A stretch of DNA of 64,000 nt from Utricularia gibba (GCA_002189035.1 NEEC01000136.1:1-64000), one strand, 5' to 3'; shown: positions 37,138 through 51,500, counted from the stretch's first letter. Notes: generated by a model from the letters alone, not told the origin. Translations and numbers: made by a program.

Positions 37138-40100
37138 GTGATGCATTTATTAACGTTGGGTTTTCGGCGGCTGCCTACATGCTTTTTCAAGGAAAAGTTG
37201 TCGTTTTTTGGCGGGTGCTGTTGTTGGGAACTTCGTCCGGACCCAAGGTTCGGTCTGACTTCACAGCACAATAAGGTCCCATTCGACGAAAATCGTGATA
37301 CCTTTATTGAAGTTAGGATCTCGTGACCACCCCAAATGCTTTTTTCAACAGCATGCTATACACTGAGAGGGCGCTTTTGTGGGTCACCGAGATCGGGCCG
37401 GAATTCGGGTCGAGCTCGGGCCCAAAGTCAGCTGTAGCCCGACAAAAGAAGTGATGCATTTATTAACGTTGGGTTGTCGGCGGCTGCCCACATGGTTTTT
37501 CAAGCAACAGCTTGCCGTTTTAAGGCGGGTGCTGTCGTTGGCAGCTTTGTAAGGGCCCAAGGTTCGGTCAGGCTCCTGAGCCAATCGGGTCCTACTCGAT
37601 GAAAATCGTGATGCATTTGCTTTTGTTAGGATGTCATGAGAACCCCAATGGGTTTTCTCCACACTCTACTTTATATTTGAGAAGGCGCTCTCGGGGGGTT
37701 TTGGGATTGGGCCTGAGGTCGGGTCGGGCTCACGCCCATAGTCAGTTGTAGCCCGGAAAATAAGTGATGCATTTATCAACGTTGGGTTTTCGGCGGCTGC
37801 CTAAATGGTTTTTCAAGCAACAGCTTGCCGTTTTAAGGCGGGTGCTGTCGTTGGCAGCTTTGTAAGGGCCCAAGGTTTGGTCTGGCTCCTGAGCCCAATC
37901 GGGTCCTACTCGATGAAAATCGTGATGCATTTAATGAGTTAGGATGTCATGAGCGCCCCAAATGGTTTTCTCAACAACCTGATTTATATTTGACGAGGTG
38001 CTCTAGGCTGGCACTAGTATCGAGCAAATGGTCGAGTCGCGCTCTGGCCCATAGTCATTTGTAGCCCGGCCAAAAAAGTGATGCATTTATTAACGTTGGG
38101 TTTTCGGCGGCTGCCTACATGCTTTTTCAAGGAAAAGTTGTCGTTTTTTGGCGGGTGCTGTTGTTGGGAACTTCGTCCGGACCCAAGGTTCGGTCTGACT
38201 TCACAGCACAATAAGGTCCCATTCGACGAAAATCGTGATACCTTTATTGAAGTTAGGATCTCATGACCACCCCAAATGCTTTTTTCAACAGCATGCTTTA
38301 ACTTGAGAAGGCGCTTTTGTGGGTCACCAGATCGGGCCGGAATTCGGGTCGGGCTTGGGACAAAGTCAGCTGTAGCCCGTCAAAAGAAGTGATGCATTTA
38401 TTAACGTTGGGTTGTCGGCGGCTGCCCACATGGTTTTTCAAGCAACAGCTTGCCGTTTTAAGGCGGGTGCTGTCGTTGGCAGCTTTGTAAGGCCCAAGGT
38501 TCGGTCAGGCTCCTGAGCCCAATCGGGTCCTACTCGATGAAAATCGTGATGCATTTGCTTTGTTAGGATGTCATGAGAACCCCAATGGGTTTTCTCCACA
38601 CTCTACTTTATATTTGAGAAGGCGCTCTCGGGGTTTTGGGATTGGGCCAGAGGTCGGGTCGGGCTCACGCCCATAGTCAGTTGTAGCCCGGAAAATAAGT
38701 GATGCATTTATCAACGTTGGGTTTTCGGCGGCTGCCTAAATGGTTTTTCAAGCAACAGCTTGCCGTTTTAAGGCGGGTGCTGTCGTTGGCAGCTTTGTAA
38801 GGGCCCAAGGTTTGGTCTGGCTCCTGAGCCCAATCGGGTCCTACTCGATGAAAATCGTGATGCATTTAATGAAGTTAGGATGTCATGAGCGCCCCAAATG
38901 GTTTTCTCAACAACCTGATTTATATTTGACGAGGTGCTCTAGGCTGGCACTAGTATCGAGCAAATGGTCGAGTCGCGCTCTGGCCCATAGTCATTTGTAG
39001 CCCGGCCAAAAAAGTGATGCATTTATTAACGTTGGGTTTTCGGCGGCTGCCTACATGCTTTTTCAAGGAAAAGTTGTCGTTTTTTGGCGGGTGCTGTTGT
39101 TGGGAACTTCGTCCGGACCCAAGGTTCGGTCTGACTTCACAGCACAATAAGGTCCCATTCGACGAAAATCGTGATACCTTTATTGAAGTTAGGATCTCAT
39201 GACCACCCAAATGCTTTTTCAACAGCATGCTTTAAACTTGAGAAGGCGCTTTTGTGGGTCACCCAGATCGGGCCGGAATTCGGGTCGGCTCTGGGGACAA
39301 AGTCAGCTGTAGCCGTCAAAAGAAGTGATGCATTTATTAACGTTGGGTTGTCGGCGGCTGCCCACATGGTTTTTCAAGCAACAGCTTGCCGTTTTAAGGC
39401 GGGTGCTGTCGTTGGCAGCTTTGTAAGGGCCCAAGGTTCGGTCAGGCTCCTGAGCCAATCGGGTCCTACTCGATGAAAATCGTGATGCATTTGCTTTTGT
39501 TAGGATGTCATGAGACCCCAATGGGTTTTCTCCACACTCTACTTTATATTTGAGAAGGCGCTCTCGGGGGTTTTGGATTGGGCCAGAGGTCGGGTCGGGC
39601 TCACGCCCATAGTCAGTTGTAGCCCGGAAAATAAGTGATGCATTTATCAACGTTGGGTTTTCGGCGGCTGCCTAAATGGTTTTTCAAGCAACAGCTTGCC
39701 GTTTTAAGGCGGGTGCTGTCGTTGGCAGCTTTGTAAGGGCCCAAGGTTTGGTCTGGCTCCTGAGCCCAATCGGGTCCTACTCGATGAAAATCGTGATGCA
39801 TTTAATGAAGTTAGGATGTCATGAGCGCCCCAAATGGTTTTCTCAACAACCTGATTTATATTTGACGAGGTGCTCTAGGCTGGCACTAGTATCGAGCAAA
39901 TGGTCGAGTCGCGCTCTGGCCCATAGTCATTTGTAGCCCGGCCAAAAAAGTGATGCATTTATTAACGTTGGGTTTTCGGCGGCTGCCTACATGCTTTTTC
40001 AAGGAAAAGTTGTCGTTTTTTGGCGGGTGCTGTTGTTGGGAACTTCGTCCGGACCCAAGGTTCGGTCTGACTTCACAGCACAATAAGGTCCCATTCGACG

Positions 40101-43100
40101 AAAATCGTGATACCTTTATTGAAGTTAGGATCTCATGACCACCCCAAATGCTTTTTTCAACAGCATGCTATACACTGAGAAGGCGCTTTTGTGGGTCACC
40201 GAGATCGGGCCGGAATTCGGGTCGGCTCGGGCCCAAAGTCAGCTGTAGCCCGACAAAAGAAGTGATGCATTTATTAACGTTGGGTTGTCGGCGCTGCCCA
40301 CATGGTTTTTCAAGCAACAGCTTGCCGTTTTAAGGCGGGTGCTGTCGTTGGCAGCTTTGTAAGGCCCAAGGTTCGGTCAGGCTCCTGAGCCCAATCGGGT
40401 CCTACTCGATGAAAATCGTGATGCATTTGCTTTTGTTAGGATGTCATGAGAACCCCAATGGGTTTTCTCAACACTCTACTTTATATTTGAGAAGGCGCTC
40501 TCGGGCCTCGGGTCGGGCTTTAGTCAGTGTAGCCCGGAAAATAAGTGATGCATTTATCAACGTTGGGTTTTCGGCGGCTGCCGTTTTTCAAGCAACATTA
40601 AGGCGGGTGCTGTCGTTGGCCCCAATGAGCCCAATCGGGTCCTACTCGATGAAAATCGTGATGCATAGGATGTCATGAGAACCCAATGGGTTGAGAAGGC
40701 GCTCTCGATTGTCGGGCTCATGCCCATAGTCAGTTGTACCGGAAAATAAGTGATGCATTTATCAACGTTGGGTTTTCGGCGGCTGCCTAAATGGTTTTTC
40801 AAGCAACAGCTTGCCGTTTTAAGGCGGGTGCTGTCGTTGGCAGCTTTGTAAGGGCCCAAGGTTTGGTCTGGCTCCTGAGCCCAATCGGGTCCTACTCGAT
40901 GAAAATCGTGATGCATTTAATGAGTTAGGATGTCATGCGCCCAAATGGTTTTCTCAACAACCTGATTTATATTTGACGAGGTGCTCTAGGCTGGCACTAG
41001 TATCGAGCAAATGGTCGAGTCGCGCTCTGGCCCATAGTCATTTGTAGCCCGGCCAAAAAAGTGATGCATTTATTAACGTTGGGTTTTCGGCGGCTGCCTA
41101 CATGCTTTTTCAAGGAAAAGTTGTCGTTTTTTGGCGGGTGCTGTTGTTGGGAACTTCGTCCGGACCCAAGGTTCGGTCTGACTTCACAGCACAATAAGGT
41201 CCCATTCGACGAAAATCGTGATACCTTTATTGAAGTTAGGATCTCATGACCACCCAAATGCTTTTTTCAACAGCATGCTATACACTGAGAAGGCGCTTTT
41301 GTGGGTCACCGAGATCGGGCCGGAATTCGGGTCGAGCTCGGGCCCAAAGTCAGCTGTAGCCCGACAAAAGAAGTGATGCATTTATTAACGTTGGGTTGCG
41401 GCGGCTGCCCACATGGTTTTTCAAGCAACAGCTTGCCGTTTTAAGGCGGGTGCTGTCGTTGGCAGCTTTGTAAGGCCCAAGGTTCGGTCAGGCTCCTGAG
41501 CCTAATCGGGTCCTACTCGATGAAAATCGTGATGCATTTGCTTTTGTTAGGATGTCATGAGAACCCCAATGGGTTTTCTCCACACTCTACTTTATATTTG
41601 AGAAGGCGCTCTCGGGGGGTTTGGGATTGGGCCTGAGGTCGGGTCGGGCTCACGCCCATAGTCAGTTGTAGCCCGGAAAATAAGTGATGCATTTATCAAC
41701 GTTGGGTTTTCGCGGCTGCCTAAATGGTTTTTCAAGCAACAGCTTGCCGTTTTAAGGCGGGTGCTGTCGTTGGCAGCTTTGTAAGGGCCCAAGGTTTGGT
41801 CTGGCTCCTGAGCCCAATCGGGTCCTACTCGATGAAAATCGTGATGCATTTAATGATGTTAGGATGTCATGAGCGCCCCAAATGGTTTTCTCAACAACCT
41901 GATTTATATTTGACGAGGTGCTCTAGGCTGGCACTAGTATCGAGCAAATGGTCGAGTCGCGCTCTGGCCCATAGTCATTTGTAGCCCGGCCAAAAAAGTG
42001 ATGCATTTATTAACGTTGGGTTTTCGGCGGCTGCCTACATGCTTTTTCAAGGAAAAGTTGTCGTTTTTTGGCGGGTGCTGTTGTTGGGAACTTCGTCCGG
42101 ACCCAAGGTTCGGTCTGACTTCACAGCACAATAAGGTCCCATTCGACGAAAATCGTGATACCTTTATTGAAGTTAGGATCTCATGACCACCCCAAATGCT
42201 TTTTTCAACAGCATGCTTTAAACTTGAGAAGGCGCTTTTGTGGGTCACCCAGATCGGGCCGGAATTCGGGTCGGGCTCGGGGACAAAGTCAGCTGTAGCC
42301 CGTCAAAAGAAGTGATGCATTTATTAACGTTGGGTTGTCGGCGGCTGCCCACATGGTTTTTCAAGCAACAGCTTGCCGTTTTAAGGCGGGTGCTGTCGTT
42401 GGCAGCTTTGTAAGGGCCCAAGGTTCGGTCAGGCTCCTGAGCCTAATCGGGTCCTACTCGATGAAAATCGTGATGCATTTGCTTTTGTTAGGATGTCATG
42501 AGAACCCCAATGGGTTTTCTCCACACTCTACTTTATATTTGAGAAGGCGCTCTCGGGGGTTTGGGATTGGGCCAGAGGTCGGGTCGGGCTCACGCCCATA
42601 GTCAGTTGTAGCCCGGAAAATAAGTGATGCATTTATCAACGTTGGGTTTTCGGCGGCTGCCTAAATGGTTTTTCAAGCAACAGCTTGCCGTTTTAAGGCG
42701 GGTGCTGTCGTTGGCAGCTTTGTAAGGGCCCAAGGTTTGGTCTGGCTCCTGAGCCCAATCGGGTCCTACTCGATGAAAATCGTGATGCATTTAATGAAGT
42801 TAGGATGTCATGAGCGCCCCAAATGGTTTTCTCAACAACCTGATTTATATTTGACGAGGTGCTCTAGGCTGGCACTAGTATCGAGCAAATGGTCGAGTCG
42901 CGCTCTGGCCCATAGTCATTTGTAGCCCGGCCAAAAAAGTGATGCATTTATTAACGTTGGGTTTTCGGCGGCTGCCTACATGCTTTTTCAAGGAAAAGTT
43001 GTCGTTTTTTGGCGGGGCTGTTGTTGGGAACTTCGTCCGGACCCAAGGTTCGTCTGACTTCACAGCACAATAAGGTCCCATTCGACGAAAATCGTGATAC

Positions 43101-46100
43101 CTTTATTGAAGTTAGGATCTCATGACCACCCCAAATGCTTTTTTCAACAGCATGCTATACACTTGAGAAGGCGCTTTTGTGGGTCACCGAGATCGGGCCG
43201 GAATTCGGGTCGGGCTCTGGGGACAAAGTCAGCTGTAGCCCGTCAAAAGAAGTGATGCATTTATTAACGTTGGGTTGTCGGCGCTGCCCACATGGTTTTT
43301 CAAGCAACAGCTTGCCGTTTTAAGGCGGGTGCTGTCGTTGGGCTTTGTAAGGCCCAAGGTTCGGTCAGGCTCCTGAGCCCAATCGGGTCCTACTCGATGA
43401 AAATCGTGATGCATTTGCTTTTGTTAGGATGTCATGAGAACCCCAATGGGTTTTCTCCACACTCTACTTTATATTTGAGAAGGCGCTCTCGGGGGGTTGG
43501 GATTGGGCCAGAGGTCGGGTCGGGCTCATGCCCATAGTCAGTTGTAGCCCGGAAAATAAGTGATGCATTTATCAACGTTGGGTTTTCGGCGGCTGCCTAA
43601 ATGGTTTTTCAAGCAACAGCTTGCCGTTTTAAGGCGGGTGCTGTCGTTGGCAGCTTTGTAAGGGCCCAAGGTTTGGTCTGGCTCCTGAGCCCAATCGGGT
43701 CCTACTCGATGAAAATCGTGATGCATTTAATGAAGTTAGGATGTCATGAGCGCCCCAAATGGTTTTCTCAACAACCTGATTTATATTTGACGAGGTGCTC
43801 TAGGCTGGCACTAGTATCGAGCAAATGGTCGAGTCGCGCTCTGGCCCATAGTCATTTGTAGCCCGGCCAAAAAAGTGATGCATTTATTAACGTTGGGTTT
43901 TCGGCGGCTGCCTACATGCTTTTTCAAGGAAAAGTTGTCGTTTTTTGGCGGGTGCTGTTGTTGGGAACTTCGTCCGGACCCAAGGTTCGGTCTGACTTCA
44001 CAGCACAATAAGGTCCCATTCGACGAAAATCGTGATACCTTTATTGAAGTTAGGATCTCATGACCACCCCAAATGCTTTTTTCAACAGCATGCTATACAC
44101 TTGAGAGGCGCTTTTGTGGGTCACCGAGATCGGGCCGGAATTCGGGTCGAGCTCGGGCCCAAAGTCAGCTGTAGCCCGACAAAAGAAGTGATGCATTTAT
44201 TAACGTTGGGTTGTCGGCGGCTGCCCACATGGTTTTTCAAGCAACAGCTTGCCGTTTTAAGGCGGGTGCTGTCGTTGGCAGCTTTGTAAGGGCCCAAGGT
44301 TCGGTCAGGCTCCTGAGCCAATCGGGTCCTACTCGATGAAAATCGTGATGCATTTGCTTTTGTTAGGATGTCATGAGAACCCCAATGGGTTTTCTCCACA
44401 CTCTACTTTATATTTGAGAAGGCGCTCTCGGGGGGTTTTGGGATTGGGCCAGGTCGGGTCGGGCTCACGCCCATAGTCAGTTGTAGCCCGGAAAATAAGT
44501 GATGCATTTATCAACGTTGGGTTTTCGGCGGCTGCCTAAATGGTTTTTCAAGCAACAGCTTGCCGTTTTAAGGCGGGTGCTGTCGTTGGCAGCTTTGTAA
44601 GGGCCCAAGGTTTGGTCTGGCTCCTGAGCCCAATCGGGTCCTACTCGATGAAAATCGTGATGCATTTAATGAAGTTAGGATGTCATGAGCGCCCCAAATG
44701 GTTTTCTCAACAACCTGATTTATATTTGACGAGGTGCTCTAGGCTGGCACTAGTATCGAGCAAATGGTCGAGTCGCGCTCTGGCCCATAGTCATTTGTAG
44801 CCCGGCCAAAAAAGTGATGCATTTATTAACGTTGGGTTTTCGGCGGCTGCCTACATGCTTTTTCAAGGAAAAGTTGTCGTTTTTTGGCGGGTGCTGTTGT
44901 TGGGAACTTCGTCCGGACCCAAGGTTCGGTCTGACTTCACAGCACAATAAGGTCCCATTCGACGAAAATCGTGATACCTTTATTGAAGTTAGGATCTCAT
45001 GACCACCCCAAATGCTTTTTTCAACAGCATGCTTTAAACTTGAGAAGGCGCTTTTGTGGGTCACCGAGATCGGGCCGGAATTCGGGTCGGGCGGGGACAA
45101 AGTCAGCTGTAGCCCGACAAAAGAAGTGATGCATTTATTAACGTTGGGTTGTCGGCGGCTGCCCACATGGTTTTTCAAGCAACAGCTTGCCGTTTTAAGG
45201 CGGGTGCTGTCGTTGGCAGCTTTGTAACCCAAGGTTCGGTCAGGCTCCTGAGCCCAATCGGGTCCTACTCAAATCGTGATGCATTTGCTTTTGTTAGGAT
45301 GTCATGAGAACCCCAATGGGTTTTCTCCACACTCTACTTTATTTGAGAAGGCGCTCTCGGGGTTTGGGATTGGGCCAGAGGTCGGGTCGGGCTCATGCCC
45401 ATAGTCAGTTGTAGCCCGGAAAATAAGTGATGCATTTATCAACGTTGGGTTTTCGGCGGCTGCCTAAATGGTTTTTCAAGCAACAGCTTGCCGTTTTAAG
45501 GCGGGTGCTGTCGTTGGCAGCTTTGTAAGGGCCCAAGTTTGGTCTGGCTCCTGAGCCCAATCGGGTCCTACTCGATGAAAATCGTGATGCATTTAATGAA
45601 GTTAGGATGTCATGAGCGCCCCAAATGGTTTTCTCAACAACCTGATTTATATTTGACGAGGTGCTCTAGGCTGGCACTAGTATCGAGCAAATGGTCGAGT
45701 CGCGCTCTGGCCCATAGTCATTGTAGCCCGGCCAAAAAAGTGATGCATTTATTAACGTTGGGTTTTCGGCGGCTGCCTACATGCTTTTTCAAGGAAAAGT
45801 TGTCGTTTTTTGGCGGGTGCTGTTGTTGGGAACTTCGTCCGGACCCAAGGTTCGGTCTGACTTCACAGCACAATAAGGTCCCATTCGACGAAAATCGTGA
45901 TACCTTTATTGAAGTTAGGATCTCATGACCACCCCAAATGCTTTTTTCAACAGCATGCTTTAAACTTGAGAAGGCGCTTTTGTGGGTCACCCAGATCGGG
46001 CCGGAATTCGGGTCGGGCTTGGGGACAAAGTCAGCTGTAGCCCGTCAAAAGAAGTGATGCATTTATTAACGTTGGGTTGTCGGCGGCTGCCCACATGGTT

Positions 46101-48548
46101 TTTCAAGCAACAGCTTGCCGTTTTAAGGCGGGTGCTGTCGTTGGCAGCTTTGTAAGGGCCCAAGGTTCGGTCAGGCTCCTGAGCCCAATCGGTCCTACTC
46201 GATGAAAATCGTGATGCATTTGCTTTTGTTAGGATGTCATGAGAACCCCAATGGGTTTTCTCCACACTCTACTTTATATTTGAGAAGGCGCTCTCGGGGG
46301 TTGGGATTGGGCCAGAGGTCGGGTCGGGCTCATGCCCATAGTCAGTTGTAGCCCGGAAAATAAGTGATGCATTTATCAACGTTGGGTTTTCGGCGGCTGC
46401 CTAAATGGTTTTTCAAGCAACAGCTTGCCGTTTTAAGGCGGGTGCTGTCGTTGGCAGCTTTGTAAGGGCCCAAGGTTTGGTCTGGCTCCTGAGCCCAATC
46501 GGGTCCTACTCGATGAAAATCGTGATGCATTTAATGAGTTAGGATGTCATGAGCGCCCCAAATGGTTTTCTCAACAACCTGATTTATATTTGACGAGGTG
46601 CTCTAGGCTGGCACTAGTATCGAGCAAATGGTCGAGTCGCGCTCTGGCCCATAGTCATTTGTAGCCCGGCCAAAAAAGTGATGCATTTATTAACGTTGGG
46701 TTTTCGGCGGCTGCCTACATGCTTTTTCAAGGAAAAGTTGTCGTTTTTTGGCGGGTGCTGTTGTTGGGAACTTCGTCCGGACCCAAGGTTCGGTCTGACT
46801 TCACAGCACAATAAGGTCCCATTCGACGAAAATCGTGATACCTTTATTGAAGTTAGGATCTCATGACCACCCCAAATGCTTTTTTCAACAGCATGCTATA
46901 CACTTGAAGGGCGCTTTTGTGGGTCACCGAGATCGGGCCGGAATTCGGGTCGAGCTCGGGCCCAAAGTCAGCTGTAGCCCGTCAAAAGAAGTGATGCATT
47001 TATTAACGTTGGGTTGTCGGCGGCTGCCCACATGGTTTTTCAAGCAACAGCTTGCCGTTTTAAGGCGGGTGCTGTCGTTGGCAGCTTTGTAAGGGCCCAA
47101 GGTTCGGTCAGGCTCCTGAGCCAATCGGGTCCTACTCGATGAAAATCGTGATGCATTTGCTTTTGTTAGGATGTCATGAGAACCCCAATGGGTTTTCTCC
47201 ACACTCTACTTTATATTTGAGAAGGCGCTCTCGGGGGTTTTGGATTGGGCCTCGGGTCGGGCTCACGCCCATAGTCAGTTGTAGCCCGGAAAATAAGTGA
47301 TGCATTTATCAACGTTGGGTTTTCGGCGGCTGCCTAAATGGTTTTTCAAGCAACAGCTTGCCGTTTTAAGGCGGGTGCTGTCGTTGGCAGCTTTGTAAGG
47401 GCCCAAGGTTTGGTCTGGCTCCTGAGCCCAATCGGGTCCTACTCGATGAAAATCGTGATGCATTTAATGAAGTTAGGATGTCATGAGCGCCCCAAATGGT
47501 TTTCTCAACAACCTGATTTATATTTGACGAGGTGCTCTAGGCTGGCACTAGTATCGAGCAAATGGTCGAGTCGCGCTCTGGCCCATAGTCATTTGTAGCC
47601 CGGCCAAAAAAGTGATGCATTTATTAACGTTGGGTTTTCGGCGGCTGCCTACATGCTTTTTCAAGGAAAAGTTGTCGTTTTTTGGCGGGTGCTGTTGTTG
47701 GGAACTTCGTCCGGACCCAAGGTTCGGTCTGACTTCACAGCACAATAAGGTCCCATTCGACGAAAATCGTGATACCTTTATTGAAGTTAGGATCTCATGA
47801 CCACCCCAAATGCTTTTTTCAACAGCATGCTTTAAACTTGAGAAGGCGCTTTTGTGGGTCACCGAGATCGGGCCGGAATTCGGGTCGGGCTGGGACAAAG
47901 TCAGCTGTAGCCCGTCAAAAGAAGTGATGCATTTATTAACGTTGGGTTGTCGGCGGCTGCCCACATGGTTTTTCAAGCAACAGCTTGCCGTTTTAAGGCG
48001 GGTGCTGTCGTGGCAGCTTTGTAAGGCCCAAGGTTCGGTCAGGCTCCTGAGCCAATCGGGTCCTACTCGATGAAAATCGTGATGCATTTGCTTTTGTTAG
48101 GATGTCATGAGAACCCCAATGGGTTTTCTCCACACTCTACTTTATATTTGAGAAGGCGCTCTCGGGGGGTTTTTGGATTGGGCCAGAGGTCGGGTCGGGC
48201 TCACGCCCATAGTCAGTTGTAGCCCGGAAAATAAGTGATGCATTTATCAACGTTGGGTTTCGGCGGCTGCCTAAATGGTTTTTCAAGCAACAGCTTGCCG
48301 TTTTAAGGCGGGTGCTGTCGTTGGCAGCTTTGTAAGGGCCCAAGGTTTGGTCTGGCTCCTGAGCCCAATCGGGTCCTACTCGATGAAAATCGTGATGCAT
48401 TTAATGAAGTTAGGATGTCATGAGCGCCCCAAATGGTTTTCTCAACAACCTGATTTATATTTGACGAGGTGCTCTAGGCTGGCACTAGTATCGAGCAAAT
48501 GGTCGAGTCGCGCTCTGGCCCATAGTCATTTGTAGCCCGGCCAAAAAA
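37138..48548 (+). repeat. Domain 4: 3-monomer HOR (~936-941 bp), 12 units
   Basis: A starts at 37138, 38078, 39014, 39950, 41061, 41998, 42939, 43875, 44814, 45740, 46678, 47612 (next 48549). The diagnostic GGTTCGGTCAGGCTCC occurs once per unit. Order: a1 a2 b1* d2 c1 b2. Confidence 0.95.
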
Positions 48549-51500
48549 GTGATGCATTTATTAACGTTGGGTTTTCGGCGGCTGCCTACATGCTTTTTCA
48601 AGGAAAAGTTGTCGTTTTTTGGCGGGTGCTGTTGTTGGGAACTTCGTCCGGACCCAAGGTTCGGTCTGACTTCACAGCACAATAAGGTCCCATTCGACGA
48701 AAATCGTGATACCTTTATTGAAGTTAGGATCTCATGACCACCCCAAATGCTTTTTTCAACAGCATGCTATACACTTGAGAAGGCGCTTTTGTGGGTCACC
48801 GAGATCGGGCCGGAATTCGGGTCGAGCTCTGGCCCAAAGTCAGCTGTAGCCCGACAAAGAAGTGATGCATTTATTAACGTTGGTTGTCGGCGGCTGCCCA
48901 CATGGTTTTTCAAGCAACAGCTTGCCGTTTTAAGGCGGGTGCTGTCGTTGGCAGCTTTGTAAGGGCCCAAGGTTTGGTCTGGCTCCTGAGCCCAATCGGG
49001 TCCTACTCGATGAAAATCGTGATGCATTTAATGAAGTTAGGATGTCATGAGCGCCCCAAATGGTTTTCTCAACAACCTGATTTTTATTCGACGAGGTGCT
49101 TTAAGCTGGCTCTAGTATCGAGCAAATGGTCGAGTCGCGCTCTGGCCCACAGTCATTTTGGCCCGGCCAAAAAAGTGATGCATTTATTAACGTTGGGTTT
49201 TCGGCGGCTGCCTACATGCTTTTTCAAGGAAAAGTTGTCGTTTTTTGGCGGGTGCTGTTGTTGGGAACTTCGTCCGGACCCAAGGTTCGGTCTGACTTCA
49301 CAGCACAATAAGGTCCCATTCGACGAAAATCGTGATACCTTTATTGAAGTTAGGATCTCATGACCACCCCAAATGCTTTTTTCAATAGCATGCTATACAC
49401 TTGAGAAAGCGCTTTTCTGGGTCACCGAGATCGGGCCAGAGGTCGGGTCGGGCTCTTGCCCATAGTCAGTTGTAGCCCGGAAAATAAGTCATGCATTTAT
49501 CAATGTTGGGTTTCCGGCGGCTGCCTAAATGGTTTTTCAAGCAATAGCTTGCCGTTCTAAGCGGGTGCTGTCGTTGGCAGCTTTGTAAGGGCCCAAGGTT
49601 TGGTCTGGCTCCTGAGCCCAATCGGTCCTACTCGATGAAAATCGTGATGCATTTAATGAAGTTAGGATGTCATGAGCGCCCCAAATGGTTTTCTCAACAA
49701 CCTGATTTATATTTGACGAGTGCTCTAGGCTGGCACTAGTATCGAACAAATGGTCGAGTCGCGCTCTGGCCCATAGTCATTTGTAGCCCGGCCAAAAAAG
49801 TTATGCATTTATTAACGTTGGGTTTTCGGCGGCTGCCTACATGCTTTTTCAAGGAAAAGTTGTCGTTTTTTGGCGGTGCTGTTGTTGGGAACTTCGTCCG
49901 GACCCAAGGTTCGGTCTGACTTCACAGCACAATAAGGTCCCATTCGACGAAAATCGTGATACCTTTATTGAAGTTAGGATCTCATGACCACCCCAAATGC
50001 TTTTTTCAACAGCATGCTATACACTTGAGAAGGCGCTTTTGTGGGTCACCGAGATCGGGCCGGAATTCGGGTCGAGCTCGGGCCCAAAGTCAGCTGTAGC
50101 CCGACAAAAGAAGTGATGCATTTATTAACGTTGGTTGTCGGCGGCTGCCCACATGGTTTTTCAAGCAACAGCTTGCCGTTTTAAGGCGGGTGCTGTCGTT
50201 GGCAGCTTTGTAAGGGCCCAAGGTTTGGTCTGGCTCCTGAGCCCAATCGGGTCCTACTCGATGAAAATCGTGATGCATTTAATGAAGTTAGGATGTCATG
50301 AGCGCCCCAAATGGTTTTCTCAACAACCTGATTTATATTTGACGAGTGCTCTAGGCTGGCACTAGTATCGAACAAATGGTCGAGTCGCGCTCTGGCCCAT
50401 AGTCATTTGTAGCCGGCCAAAAAAGTGATGCATTTATTAACGTTGGGTTTTCGGCGGCTGCCTACATGCTTTTTCAAGGAAAAGTTGTCGTTTTTGGCGC
50501 GGTGCTGTTGTTGGGAACTTCGTCCGACCCAAGGTTCGGTCTGACTTCACAGCACAATAAGGTCCCATTCGACGAAAATCGTGATACCTTTATTGAAGTT
50601 AGGATCTCATGACCACCCCAAATGCTTTTTTCAACAGCATGCTATACACTTGAGAAGGCGCTTTTGTGGGTCACCGAGATCGGGCCGGATTCGGGTCGGC
50701 TCGGGCCCAAAGTCAGCTGTAGCCCGACAAAAGAAGTGATGCATTTATTAACGTTGGGTTGTCGGCGGCTGCCCACATGGTTTTTCAAGCAACAGCTTGC
50801 CGTTTTAAGGCGGGTGCTGTCGTTGGCAGCTTTGTAAGGCCCAAATGAGCCCAATCGGGTCCTACTCGATGAAAATCGTGATGCATTTGCATGTCATGAT
50901 GGGCTACTTTATATTTGAGAAGGCGCTCTCGGGGGTCGGGTCGGGCTCACCCATAGTCAGTTGTAGCCCGGAAAAAAGTGATGCCAACGTTGGGTTTTCG
51001 GCGGCTGCCTAAATGGTTTTTCAAGCAACAGCTTGCCGTTTTAAGGCGGGTGCTGTCGTTGGCAGCTTTGTAAGGGCCCAAGGTTTGGTCTGGCTCCTGA
51101 GCCAATCGGGTCCTACTCGATGAAAATCGTGATGCATTTAATGAAGTTAGGATGTCATGAGCGCCCCAAATGGTTTTCTCAACAACCTGATTTTATTGAC
51201 GAGGTGCTTTAGCTGGCTCTAGTATCGAGCAAATGGTCGAGTCGCGCTCTGGCCCATAGTCATTGTAGCCCGGCAAAAAAGTGATGCATTTATTAACGTT
51301 GGGTTTTCGGCGGCTGCCTACATGCTTTTTTCAAGAAAAGTTGTCGTTTTTTGGCGGGTGCTGTTGTTGGGAACTTCGTCCGGACCCAAGGTTCGGTCTG
51401 ACTTCACAGCACAATAAGGTCCCATTCGACGAAAATCGTGATACCTTTATTGAAGTTAGGATCTCATGACCCCCCAAATGCTTTTTTCAACAGCATGCTA

